Shown piece by piece: positions 50,303 through 60,694 of a DNA stretch of 64,000 bases (positions are counted from its first letter, which is position 1; every line of letters begins with the position of its first letter). The notes under the pieces were generated by a model. The model saw nothing but the letters and a program-made list of their open reading frames with translations. It made no database searches and was not told where the DNA came from. The position numbers were made by a program, and so were the translations under genes. Origin of the DNA: an uncultured bacterium (GTDB lineage: Bacteria > Patescibacteriota > Minisyncoccia > Phycocordibacterales > GWA1-40-21); contig CAWCTC010000001.1 of NCBI GenBank assembly GCA_963798465.1, positions 390,970 to 454,969 of the forward strand, in the 5' to 3' direction.

Positions 50303-51067
50303 ATGATAGCATTATTTTTTCAAATATTATATTATTGCCGGATGGAAATGATTTTATTATCGATCGGGACATTTTTCTCCACTTTCTTGGGCGGGTTTTT
50401 TTTAATCAAAAATAAAGATAAATTACACAGAGTTCTCGGCTTTACCGCTGGTGTGCTCATGGGCGTCGTGTTTTTTGATATTTTTCCCGAAATAATCGAG
50501 CTCATCAATAAGAACAATTTTAGTATTACGAATGTCATGATTGCGCTGATTTTAGGTTTTTTAATTTTTCATATTTTTGAGAAATCGATTTTGATACATC
50601 ATTCTCATGAAGAAGAATATGCAGATCACAAACATCCTCATATTGGAATAGCATCAGCAATAGCTTTAGCGGGGCACAGCTTCATGGATGGTGTTGGCAT
50701 TGGTCTAGGTTTTCAAGTTAATCCAACAGTCGGACTTTTGATTGCAATCGCTGTTATCGCTCATGATTTTACCGATGGCATGAATACTGTCGGCTTGATG
50801 CTTGTAAATAAAAATACAGTTGAAAAAACAAGATGGTTTTTATTGCTCGATGCTTTTACTCCAGTTCTTGGCGCAGCTTCAACTTTGCTTTTCAGATTAC
50901 CCGAAAGTTTTTTAGTTTTGTATCTTGGATTTTTTGCAGGTTTTCTTCTTTATATCGGAGCGAGCGATATTTTGCCCGAAGCTCACAGCAAACATAGCTC
51001 TTTCAAAACAATTGCACTCACTATTGCCGGATTGATTTTAATTTTTATTGTGACGAGGTTTGTTTAA
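50303..51067 (+). CDS. ZIP-family divalent metal transporter (ZupT-like)
   Basis: His-rich loop (HHSHEEEYADHKHPH), GHSFMDGVGIGLGF and HDFTDG signatures. Confidence 0.8.
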   Translation: MIALFFQILYYCRMEMILLSIGTFFSTFLGGFFLIKNKDKLHRVLGFTAGVLMGVVFFDIFPEIIELINKNNFSITNVMIALILGFLIFHIFEKSILIHHSHEEEYADHKHPHIGIASAIALAGHSFMDGVGIGLGFQVNPTVGLLIAIAVIAHDFTDGMNTVGLMLVNKNTVEKTRWFLLLDAFTPVLGAASTLLFRLPESFLVLYLGFFAGFLLYIGASDILPEAHSKHSSFKTIALTIAGLILIFIVTRFV

Positions 51068-51082
51068 CCTCTTTTAAATTTG

Positions 51083-51154
51083 TGACCTTACGGGGAATCG
51101 AACCCCGATTCCAGCCTTGAGAAGGCCGTGTCCTAACCGTTAGACGATAAGGCC
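51083..51154 (-). tRNA. tRNA-Glu (anticodon CTC)
   Basis: Minus-strand GGCCTTATCGTCTAACGGTTAGGACACGGCCTTCTCAAGGCTGGAATCGGGGTTCGATTCCCCGTAAGGTCA: anticodon loop TTCTCAA, T-loop TTCGATT. Confidence 0.85.
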
Positions 51155-51257
51155 AAAATATTTACTTAACACGGACAAATATAACAGTTTTTGATGTTTT
51201 GAACAAATAAAAAAAGGAACTGGAGTAAATATTTTTCCAGTTCCCAATTTTTAGTTT

Positions 51258-51446
51258 TTACGAGGACTTAGCGAAAGTCCCAAAAAGTGCATCGATGTTA
51301 AATTCCCTTTTTTTCGCCTGGATTATTTTTTCCGTATCGGCGTCTTCAACTGTTGGTACTAACAATCCTTTTTTTGCCAGGATTGCTAGGCCATTTTTTA
51401 CACTTTCTGTTTCTGAGACGTTTTCTGTCTTCTGCTGTTCAGTCAT
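51258..51446 (-). CDS. Small hypothetical protein with a strong SD (GAGGAGG)
   Basis: 62-aa ORF; CTGAGGAGGATTAGA-ATG; terminator hairpin downstream (51205-51250). Confidence 0.5.
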   Translation of the reverse strand: MTEQQKTENVSETESVKNGLAILAKKGLLVPTVEDADTEKIIQAKKREFNIDALFGTFAKSS

Positions 51447-51585
51447 TCTAATCCTCCTCAGACTAAAAATAGTTTTGTGAGACGAGTCTCACATGGAAAA
51501 ACATTTTACCACCATCAAAAATATTGTCAAATAAAAATAAAAAAAGGGAAGCAACATGTGCCTCCCTTATTTTGCACTCAAACTT

Positions 51586-51963
51586 TTAGTCGATGTGTCT
51601 GAATGGCTCGACAAATAGTAACATTTGCCGAGAAGCTAATTCTGCTTTCTTTATTTGCTTTTCGAAAGCTTCCTTTTCAGCTTTTTTCTTTTCAGCTTCA
51701 GCTGCTGCTCTTCTTGCTTCAGCTTCAGCCATTGCTTTTTTTGCTTCTCTGTTGTGAAAAGCCTTCAAAGAATTTCTTCTTGTCATTTCTGCCTGGAAGA
51801 GATCAAAGCTTATTCCAGCGGCATCTGCACCTTTAATAATCGCCTCACTATGGTGATTTTTATAGTAAGGGAACTCTGCCTGCAAATCGCGAAATTCTTT
51901 TATTGCTATTTCGTAAATTGCCGGATCCATCAATTGTCTTTCGAGCTCAGCTAAACTTTTCAT
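51586..51963 (-). CDS. Hypothetical protein with a strong SD (GGGAGGT); Ala/Glu/Lys-rich C-terminal half
   Basis: 125-aa ORF; CCGGGAGGTAAAA-ATG. Confidence 0.5.
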   Translation of the reverse strand: MKSLAELERQLMDPAIYEIAIKEFRDLQAEFPYYKNHHSEAIIKGADAAGISFDLFQAEMTRRNSLKAFHNREAKKAMAEAEARRAAAEAEKKKAEKEAFEKQIKKAELASRQMLLFVEPFRHID

Positions 51964-52063
51964 TTTTACCTCCCGGTAAAATATTTTATTTTGTTGAAAG
52001 AACTATTAACTTCAAATTATTATAACCTCATATATGACATTTTGTCAAATAAAAAAGCGAGAC

Positions 52064-52384
52064 TTAAATCTCGCTTTCTCTATCGTCATAATATCGGACT
52101 CTCCCTTCTTCATCTTTCCATGCAAGTCCGGAATCAATATCTCTTTCCTCCTTTTCTTCTTTTGTTTCAATTTCAGATTTCGGTTTTCCCCAGTCTGCTA
52201 AAGTTTTTGCAATATTTTTCGTGTCCCAGCCGGTTTCTTCTGAGACTTTTCCTATGCAAACTCTCATTGAGTATTCAGAATTATTTTTTATTTCCATTGC
52301 CATACGAGCTGCATCATCCAAAGTGTATTCTTTTTCCACTTTTTTTTCGGATGGTACAATAGTTATCTTAGGCCACTTTTCCAT
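52064..52384 (-). CDS. Hypothetical acidic protein
   Basis: 106-aa ORF. Confidence 0.4.
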   Translation of the reverse strand: MEKWPKITIVPSEKKVEKEYTLDDAARMAMEIKNNSEYSMRVCIGKVSEETGWDTKNIAKTLADWGKPKSEIETKEEKEERDIDSGLAWKDEEGRVRYYDDRESEI

Positions 52385-52395
52385 AGTTTTTAAAA

Positions 52396-52848
52396 TTATT
52401 TTATCAAGCTTTCAATGACTTCTTTTACCATCATTCCGTCTGCTTTGCCTTTAAGCTCTTTCATAATTCCGCCCATGAATTGGCCGATTTTAGATTTGTC
52501 GACAGTGCCGGCTTCGGCGATTTTCTTGCTGACAATTTTTTCGATTTCATCTCGGCTCATCAGCTGCGGCAATAATGCTTCAAGTATTTTCATTTCATCG
52601 GCTTCAGCTTTCACTAAATCCATTCTGTTTCCTTTGGTGAACTGATCGATTGAATCTTTTCTTTGCTTTATGAGTTTTCTAATTATCGTTGTTGCATCTT
52701 CATCTGAAAGCTCTTCTGTTGTTAATTTTTTTGCGATTATTTCATTTGTAAAAGCTGCAGATACTCCGCGTAGAACCATAAGGCGAAATGCATCTTTTTT
52801 AATCATCGCTTCTTTTATTCCATCTTTGATTTGTTTGTGTAGTGACAT
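52396..52848 (-). CDS. GatB/YqeY-domain protein
   Basis: 150 aa; YqeY family signature (..KDAMKA.D..R..TLR..L.A.K.....). Confidence 0.75.
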   Translation of the reverse strand: MSLHKQIKDGIKEAMIKKDAFRLMVLRGVSAAFTNEIIAKKLTTEELSDEDATTIIRKLIKQRKDSIDQFTKGNRMDLVKAEADEMKILEALLPQLMSRDEIEKIVSKKIAEAGTVDKSKIGQFMGGIMKELKGKADGMMVKEVIESLIK

Positions 52849-52917
52849 TTTTTTTTGAATGAATTATGAATAATGTTTAACTTCTAAATATTACCATATT
52901 TTTAATTTATTGGTATA

Positions 52918-54000
52918 ATGATTTTTATGGATACAGCGACAACATTGATAGTTTTGATAGTAATTTTAACTGCTATAGTTATTGTACTTCTGGCTATAGT
53001 TATTAAAAAAACTGGCAAAAATACTAATGAAAATAAAGCCGAAGATATCGGCCTCAAGCTTATTCTCGAGCAGATAAATGAGCTCAATCGAACAGTTGAT
53101 AAAAAAATGGGCGAGAGTTCAAAGGAAATGCACGAATCGCTCAAATATCAGTCGACTGAATCTTTCAATATTATTCGTGACATCACAGAAAAGCTCACAC
53201 GACTCGATGAGACGAACAAGCAAGTCGTTTCTTTTGCCGATCAACTCCAATCACTTCAAGATATTCTAAAAAATCCAAAACAAAGAGGAATTCTCGGCGA
53301 ATATTATTTGGAAACTTTATTAAAAAATGTTTTGCCGACTGGAAGCTTTCAGATGCAATATCCATTTGCTGATGGAACTATCGTTGATGCTGTCGTTTTT
53401 GTAAAGGATAAAATAATTCCGATTGATTCAAAGTTTTCTTTAGAAAATTATAATCGTTTGTCTGAAGAAAAAAATCCTGCAGAAAAAGAAAGATTGGAAA
53501 AACTTTTTAAGGAGGATTTGAAAAAAAGGATTGACGAGACTGCAAAATATGTAAAGCCGGGCGAGGGAACAATGGATTTTGCTTTTATGTTTATTCCGCA
53601 CGAAGCGATTTATTATGATTTACTTGTGTCACAAGTCGGATCGATAAAAGTAAATACGAGAGATTTGGTTGAGTATGCGTTCAAGGAAAAGCATGTCATC
53701 ATTGTTTCGCCGACATCTTTCTTGGCATATTTGCAAACTGTTTTGCAAGGTTTGAAAGCATTGCAGATTGAAGAATCAGCGAAAGATATTAAAAAGAATG
53801 TTGAAAGCTTGCAGAAGCATTTGAGAAGCTATCAAGAATATCAAGAGAAGCTCGGCAATGCACTTTCTACAACTGTAAGCCATTTCAATAATTCAAATAA
53901 AGAATTTAAAAAGATAGATAAAGATGTCGTAAGAATTACCGGAGTTGATTCTGATTTGGAAATTCTGGAAATAGCAAAGCCTGAAAGGGAAGATGAATAA
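52918..54000 (+). CDS. rmuC: DNA recombination protein RmuC
   Basis: N-terminal TM + coiled coil, conserved RmuC C-domain (FMFIPHEAIYYDLL, VSPTSFLAYLQTV). Confidence 0.85.
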   Translation: MIFMDTATTLIVLIVILTAIVIVLLAIVIKKTGKNTNENKAEDIGLKLILEQINELNRTVDKKMGESSKEMHESLKYQSTESFNIIRDITEKLTRLDETNKQVVSFADQLQSLQDILKNPKQRGILGEYYLETLLKNVLPTGSFQMQYPFADGTIVDAVVFVKDKIIPIDSKFSLENYNRLSEEKNPAEKERLEKLFKEDLKKRIDETAKYVKPGEGTMDFAFMFIPHEAIYYDLLVSQVGSIKVNTRDLVEYAFKEKHVIIVSPTSFLAYLQTVLQGLKALQIEESAKDIKKNVESLQKHLRSYQEYQEKLGNALSTTVSHFNNSNKEFKKIDKDVVRITGVDSDLEILEIAKPEREDE

Positions 54001-54007
54001 ATAAAAT

Positions 54008-54048
54008 AAAAAAGAACCTTCTCAAATGAGAAGGTTCTTTTGTTTTTC
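54008..54048 (+). terminator. Terminator AAAGAACCTTCTC-aaat-GAGAAGGTTCTTT + T-run
   Basis: 13-bp perfect stem. Confidence 0.8.
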
Positions 54049-54243
54049 AGTGTCAAATGGCGGAAGAAAATATATCGGTATTTCCTTGTGTGAAAATATC
54101 ACAGCAAGTATTTTTCTTTTCTTGGCAATTTTTCTCGCTATAGATACCACGTCCTCGCCATCTTTAACTTCAAGTTTGATTTTTGATATGCCGCATTTTC
54201 TGTAGGCGCATATCATACACCATCCAGTTTTGCCTTTCCTCAT
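54022..54243 (-). CDS. Small hypothetical protein with an SD-like AAAGGTGGTG
   Basis: 73-aa ORF whose 3' end overlaps the rmuC terminator hairpin. Confidence 0.35.
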   Translation of the reverse strand: MRKGKTGWCMICAYRKCGISKIKLEVKDGEDVVSIARKIAKKRKILAVIFSHKEIPIYFLPPFDTEKQKNLLI

Positions 54244-54370
54244 AAGGCACCACCTTTCTTTTTGTACATTAGAAATTTTATTTCCTCCATGAATAAGAAT
54301 AACAGAGGATGATATTTTTGTCCATAAAAAAACCGGGGCAAATGAGTCCCGGCCTTTTTCTATTTCATCT

Positions 54371-54568
54371 TTACTTTTTCTTTTTCTTCTTAAGGATTTT
54401 TTTTATTCCTTTTGTTACCTCCTTAATATCTTTTTCTGATACTTTGTTTATCTCATATTTTTCTATGACATAAACAAAATCTTTTAGGTTTTTCTTCACA
54501 CTTCTTAAAGGAAGTAAAACATAAGCAATTTCTCCATCCTTAATTTCTCTAAAATTTTTTTCAGTCAT
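54371..54568 (-). CDS. Small hypothetical Lys-rich protein with a strong SD (AGGAGGG)
   Basis: 65-aa ORF; CACAGGAGGGTTAC-ATG. Confidence 0.4.
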   Translation of the reverse strand: MTEKNFREIKDGEIAYVLLPLRSVKKNLKDFVYVIEKYEINKVSEKDIKEVTKGIKKILKKKKKK

Positions 54569-54703
54569 GTAACCCTCCTGTGAGTTAAATTTTGGTAATT
54601 TACGTCCGAGAATTAGGCTAGCAGAATAGGTTATGTTTGTCCATTAAATAAAAGTAGGGCGGTTGATTACAACCGCCCTACAAACATATTTGAAATTAAA
54701 ACA

Positions 54704-55252
54704 TCATCTTTGGCCTAAGTTATAAGTATTGAGTCCTTTTAGAAATTCGGAATTAATATATGCCTCCAGTTTTTTATAATCTGTTTTGACATATGTTACT
54801 CCCCACATTTCTGCAATTTTCTCAATTTCCTCCATTGTTCCCAGTTTTTTGTAAATCAAGGTAGCATGGTGATTACCTCTGCCGTAATTGTTCTTGCTTA
54901 ACGATGCTGTTAACCTCGGGCAGTTTTTTGGAGTCTCTTTCTTTTCATTAACCCCACTTATCTCCTCATGGACAGCTTTTATTATTGCTGCTTCCATAAG
55001 ATGCAGGGAGGAATTCATCTGTTTGTAGATGACATTCTTTGCTAATGCGAGTGCCAGTATTTCTTTCTTTTCTCCCACATCCATGATTTTGATGTGGCAT
55101 TCCAAACCTTTCCTTACAGGCATTACAAAAAATGAAACATGGTGAAATTCCTTGGCTTTTATTCTTTCGTCTTCGGTCACCATTTCTCTTTCTTCAGAAA
55201 TGACAAAATGCCTTTTAGTTTTAAACTCCGTGGCAATTTCATTCATCTCCAT
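54704..55252 (-). CDS. Hypothetical protein with a strong SD (GGAGGAGG)
   Basis: 182-aa ORF; TTTGGAGGAGGACAAAAA-ATG. Confidence 0.5.
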   Translation of the reverse strand: MEMNEIATEFKTKRHFVISEEREMVTEDERIKAKEFHHVSFFVMPVRKGLECHIKIMDVGEKKEILALALAKNVIYKQMNSSLHLMEAAIIKAVHEEISGVNEKKETPKNCPRLTASLSKNNYGRGNHHATLIYKKLGTMEEIEKIAEMWGVTYVKTDYKKLEAYINSEFLKGLNTYNLGQR

Positions 55253-55406
55253 TTTTTGTCCTCCTCCAAAGTTTTTTTAATATATTCTTCCTCAAAAACT
55301 CTATATTACTTTTTATATAATGTCAATAACCTTGAAAAACTTTCTTTACAAACATATTTATTGTATTATCAATAAATACTTTTAAAAACTTTTACTTCAG
55401 AAAATT

Positions 55407-57987
55407 ATGAAATCAAAAACAAAAAGCACAGAATACAATCATCAGAAGATTGAGAAAAAATGGCAGAAAATCTGGAAGCTGATGAGAGTTTATAAAACTT
55501 CCGAGAAAGGCAAGAAGCCGAAATGCTACGTGCTTGATATGTTTCCTTATCCGTCGGGAACAGGTCTTCATGTCGGACATCCGAGAGGATATATCGCGTC
55601 GGATGTTTATGCTCGTTTGAAAAAAATGAAAGGTTTTAATGTTCTTCATCCGATGGGCTACGATGCTTTCGGATTGCCTGCGGAGCAATATGCGATAGCT
55701 AATAAAATTCACCCAAGAAAAGCAGTTGAAGAAAATATTAAAACTTATAGAAAACAATTAGATTTGATAGGATTTTCTTATGATTGGTCACGTTCTGTAA
55801 ATACTTCTGATCCCGAATATTATAAATGGACACAATGGATATTTTTGAAACTTTATGAGTCTTGGTATAACAAAACAAAACAAAAAGCTGAGCCGATTGA
55901 AAATCTTATAAAAATATTTGAGAAAGAAGGTAATGAAAATATCAATGCCGCTTGTTCTTCTGATGCCAGAAAATTTACAGCCGAAGAATGGAAAATCGCC
56001 GGCAATTTGGACAGGCAAAATATTTTAATGCAATATCGTTTGGCGTACCAAGGTTTTTCAGAAGTGAATTGGTGTCCGCAAATGGGAACAGTTTTGGCTA
56101 ATGACGAAATAACGACAGATGCAAATGGCAAACAAGTTTCAGAAAGAGGCGGATATCCCGTTGAAAAGAAAACCTTGAGACAATGGTTTTTGAGAATTAC
56201 TGCATATGCTGACAGATTAATCGAAGGTTTGGACGATCTGATTTGGTCTCCGCATATAAAAGAAATTCAGAAAAATTGGATTGGAAAATCAATCGGTTCA
56301 GATATTGAATTTTCAATTAAAGGCAGACAGGAAAAAATAAAAGTATTTACGACGAGAGCTGACACGCTTTTCGGAGTCACATATGTTGTGCTCGCTCCTG
56401 AATGCGATTTAGTCAAAAAACTTTTACCTGCAGTTTCAAATAGAAAAGAAGTTGAAAAATATATCGCTGATGTGAAATCAAAAACTGATGAAGATCGCAT
56501 GAGTGCGAACAAAGATAAAACCGGCGTAATTCTTGAAGGTATTAAAGCTATAAATCCTGCAAATCTTGAAGAAGTTCCTGTTTTTGTCGCCGATTATGTT
56601 CTGGCAAATTATGGAACAGGAATGGTCATGGCTGTGCCGGCTCATGATGAACGCGATTATGCTTTTGCAAAAAAATATAATATTCCGATAAAAGAAGTTA
56701 TTTCTGGCGGTGATATTTCAAAAGATGCATATACCGGAGAAGGCAAGCTTATTAATTCCGGAAAATTTGACGGAATGGATAATCTGCACGCGATAAAAAA
56801 AATCACAGAATTTGTTTTTGGAAAAATCGTCACAAGATACAAAATGCGCGATGCTGTTTTTGCCCGCCAGAGATATTGGGGCGAGCCGATTCCATTGATT
56901 CATAATAAAAATGGTACGATTACTCCCCTTAATGAAAAAGATTTGCCACTTAAATTGCCGAATGTTTCTTCTTATGAGCCGATTGGAACAGGCGAGTCAC
57001 CGCTTGCCGGCGTAAAAGAATGGGTGGAAAAAGGTTATGAGACAAATACAATGCCTGGCTGGGCAGGATCTTCTTGGTATTTTTTGCGCTACATGGATCC
57101 GCATAATAAAACAAAATTTGTCGGCGAAAAAGCAGATAAATATTGGAAGCAAGTAGATATGTATGTCGGAGGCGCGGAGCATGCAACAGGACATCTTTTA
57201 TATTCTAGATTTTGGAATAAGTTTTTATTTGATTATGGTTTAATCGTGGAAGACGAACCATTCAAGACTTATAAAAATTTGGGAATGATACTTGGTTCGG
57301 ACAGCAGAAAAATGAGCAAGAGATGGGGAAATGTTATTAATCCGGACGACGTTGTAAAAAATGTTGGCGCCGATACTTTGAGAATTTATGAATCTTTTAT
57401 GGGACCGTTTCGATCAGGAAATCGCTTGGAGCACTGACAGCATGATTGGTTCGAGAAGATTTTTGGAAAGAGTATGGAAATTGCAGGAAAAAGTTGCAAA
57501 TAAATATTCAGACAATGAAGAAGTGATTTTGCTGTTAAATCAGACGATTAAAAAAGTTGGGGAAGATATTGAATCATTCAGTGCGAATACCGCGATTTCC
57601 TCCATGATGATTCTTTCAAATCTGCTGGAACAGCAGGAAAAAATAAGCAAGAAAACTTATCTGGATTTCATAAAAATCCTTTCTCCTTTTGCTCCGCATA
57701 TTTGCGAAGAAATATGGTTCAGATTCAAAAACAGAAAATTGCTTGTTTTGGAAAAATGGCCGAAATATGATACGGCGAAACTTTATTCTTCAAAAGCAAA
57801 AATAGTCGTGCAAATAAATGGAAAGTTCAGAACGACGATTGAAGTCCCAATCGACTCTTTACAAGATGCAGTTGAAAAGGAAGCACTAAAAAATGAGCAA
57901 GTTGTCAAGTGGATTCTCGCCCAAAAAATAAATAAGATAATATTTATAAAAAATAGAATAATTAATTTTGTGGTGGCTAGTCAATAG
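55407..57987 (+). CDS. leuS: Leucyl-tRNA synthetase with one frameshift near about 57405
   Basis: HVGHPRGY (HIGH), editing domain, KMSKR (KMSKS); YESFMGPF then +1 frame DQEIAWSTDS...RFLERVWKL and the anticodon-binding domain. Confidence 0.9.
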
Positions 57988-58064
57988 GGCAGTTGACTCA
58001 ATTGCCGATGTATGATAGTATCATGGAACAAATATTAGAGCACGATTTTTTAATTTATTAAAAC

Positions 58065-59102
58065 ATGAAAATAACGTTGAATTTCAAGCCAAAACAGTCT
58101 GTAAAAAAACTTCTTCTTGCTTTGCCTGAGAGGTCAAGAGATATAGTCATAAAGAGATACGGACTGGGTAAAAATCCTGATCAAATGACTCTTGATGCTA
58201 TTGGAAAATCTTATGGAATCACGAGAGAAAGAATAAGACAGATTGAAAATCACGCTCTAAATGCTATCAGAAAGTCAAAAAATTATACTGAAGAAAAACC
58301 GACTTTTGATGAAGTTGAAAAAATAATTTCAAGCCTCGGCGGAATTGTCGTTGAACAAGATTTGCTTGATACTATTTCAAAAGATTTAGGCACTCAAAGC
58401 TGTATCAATTTTATTCTCGTTGTCGGACATCCTTTCAATAAAATAAAGGAAGATGAAGATTTCAAGCATAGATGGTTTATCGATAAAGATTTGGCGGACA
58501 AAATCCAAGGTTCACTCAAAAAACTTTATGAAAATCTTAAAGATGATGAACTCATTACTGATCAAGAAATGGTAAAAACTTTTTTGAGTTATGTCGAAGG
58601 AGTTTCAGAACAATACAGAACCGAAGAAATTGCAAAAAGATGGCTCAATCTGTCCAAGAAAATTTCTAAAAATCCTCTTGGAGAATGGGGAAAATCAACA
58701 TCTCCGAATATCAGCACTAAAGGCGTGAGAGATTACGCATATTTGGTAATCAGAAAACACGGTTCGCCAATACATTTCAGAGAAGTTGCAAAAGCAATCA
58801 CGACAGTTTTCAATAAAAAAGCACATGTTGCAACAACTCATAACGAACTTATAAAAGATCCAAGATTTGTTCTTGTCGGAAGAGGACTTTATGCACTTTC
58901 AGAATGGGGTTATATGAGCGGAGTTGTAAAAGATGTCATTAAAAAACTTATAGAAAAGAATGGACCGATGACAAAACAAGAAATTGTCGACAAGGTTATG
59001 AAAGAAAGATACGTAAAGGAAAATACGATTGTAATCAATCTCCAGAATAAAAAATATTTCACTAAGAATAAAGATGGAAAGTACGATATAGTGAAAAAAT
59101 AA
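58065..59102 (+). CDS. Putative transcription factor: sigma-70 region-4-like HTH at the N-terminus + HARE-HTH-like domain in the C-terminal half
   Basis: SRDIVIKRYGLGKNPDQMTLDAIGKSYGITRERIRQIENHALNAIRK resembles sigma70 region 4; VRDYAYLVIRKHGSPIHFREVAKAI...DPRFVLVGRGLYALSEWGY resembles the HARE-HTH of the RNAP delta / ASXL type. Confidence 0.55.
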   Translation: MKITLNFKPKQSVKKLLLALPERSRDIVIKRYGLGKNPDQMTLDAIGKSYGITRERIRQIENHALNAIRKSKNYTEEKPTFDEVEKIISSLGGIVVEQDLLDTISKDLGTQSCINFILVVGHPFNKIKEDEDFKHRWFIDKDLADKIQGSLKKLYENLKDDELITDQEMVKTFLSYVEGVSEQYRTEEIAKRWLNLSKKISKNPLGEWGKSTSPNISTKGVRDYAYLVIRKHGSPIHFREVAKAITTVFNKKAHVATTHNELIKDPRFVLVGRGLYALSEWGYMSGVVKDVIKKLIEKNGPMTKQEIVDKVMKERYVKENTIVINLQNKKYFTKNKDGKYDIVKK

Positions 59103-59109
59103 AATTAAT

Positions 59110-59268
59110 CAGGTCGCGCTTTTAGGACGGTTGTGCGACTTTGTTTACTTATGAGCTGTACTCAGCGATTTAGTAAACAAGAAGTACTCTCATGGTGCGA
59201 CATGACTTCGCTAATTGCATCGCGTCTAAATGACTTACGCGATGTGATTCCGCAGAATCAAAAAAGGG
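59110..59268 (+). repeat. Interrupted copy of the hairpin + TGATTCCGCAGAATCAA element; also carries the GAAGTACTCTCATGGTG motif (59181-59197)
   Basis: GGTCGCGCTTTTAGGACGGTTGTGCGAC ... CATCGCGTCTAAATGACTTACGCGATGTGATTCCGCAGAATCAA. Confidence 0.6.
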
Positions 59269-59298
59269 CGGCCGCTTTCGCGGCCGCCCTTTTCTTTT
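59262..59298. terminator. GC-rich terminator AAAAGGGCGGCCGC-tttc-GCGGCCGCCCTTTT
   Basis: Third member of the GGGCGGCCGC hairpin family. Confidence 0.8.
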
Positions 59299-59338
59299 AA
59301 TCTTAATTTTTGGTATAATATCCGCATAATAAAACATA

Positions 59339-60679
59339 GTGATGAATATATATTTACAGTTCATTAAAGCGGGATTATTATCGACATCAGGCAAATATTT
59401 GCTTATTTTTCTTCCTATTTTTATACCATTGATTCTTTTATGGGCATTTTGGGTTGTTCGATTCAGATGGGTTACAATGAAATTTCTTGATGAGCAAACA
59501 CCCTGCTTACTGGAAATAAAATTGCCAAAAGAAATCACAAAATCTCCCGGCTGCGATGGAAATATTTTTCTCACATCTTGAATCAAAGTGGAGCCGGAAA
59601 CCTTGGCGAAGCATTTATTGATGGAAAAACACGACCTTGGTTTTCTTGTGAGCTCGCTTCGATTGGTGGATATGTTCATTTCTATATTTGGTGTAGTCAG
59701 GTAAAGTTTAGAAATCTTGTCGAGGCACAACTTTACGCACAATATCCAAATGTGGAAATTGTTGAAGCGGATGATTATACAAAAGATTTTTATTTTGACC
59801 CTGAAAAATATATTATGTACGGTCTTCAATATCAATTCACAAAAAAATCTGACGTATATCCTATAAAGACATATATAGATTATGGATTGGATAAAGATCA
59901 AAAAGAGGAATATAAAATTGACCCTATAACTTCCGTCATTGAATATCTCGGGTTCTTTAAAAAAAGGCGAAAATGCTTGGATACAAATTCTTTTGCAGAA
60001 ACACGAAGCGGAAAGCTGGGAGCATGGTGTTTTGAAATCTAAAGTAGATGTAAAAAAAGCAAATATATTTGAGAAAATTTTACTTTCTATTTTTGGCGCT
60101 GCAAGAAAAATAGATGAAGAAGTCAAAAAGGAAATAAATGATATTAAAAAATTAGCAATACCGGAAGGTGATGCAACAACAACTTTTAAATTTCCTAATC
60201 CAACAAAAGGTCAGCAAGAAGTTATTGCTGCTATTGAAAGAAGTGCAACAAAAACACGTTATGATTGCATGATAAGAGGCATTTATATACCGGAAAAAGA
60301 TTCATTTTTTGCTGGAAATATTGGAGGCTTGATCGGAAGTTTAAAACAGTTTGGTTCAGGTAATTTAAACGGCTTCAAGCCAGGAACTTTATCTGACGTT
60401 AGTGATACAAGAAAAGATTGGGCGAGAATTATACCTTTTTTTAAAAAAATAAATGATGAGGAGATTGAAGATACTAAGAGGGATTTGCTTTATGCTTATA
60501 AATTGAGATCTTTTTTCCAGTGGCCATATAAAAATTACAGTGAAAGCAAGCCGTTCATTTTGACCACGGAAGAATTGGCTACAATTTTCCATTTTCCGAG
60601 CGGAATGGTTTCTCAAACTCCGACATTGCAGAGAGTTGGCTCGAAGAAATCGGAAGCTCCTTCAAATCTTCCGATATAA
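59339..60679 (+). CDS. Hypothetical membrane protein read in three consecutive frames (two apparent frameshifts near about 59575 and about 59990)
   Basis: ORFs 59339-59581, 59578-60042 and 59939-60679 abut or overlap in different frames with continuous-looking sequence; the 318-aa minus-strand ORF 59170-60126 is antisense and low-complexity. Confidence 0.4.
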
Positions 60680-60694
60680 AATTTTTATCATATT

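Noticed and set aside
59170-60126. 318-aa minus-strand ORF
   Set aside because: Low-complexity and lies antisense to a collinear plus-strand gene read in three frames; no motifs; almost certainly spurious.
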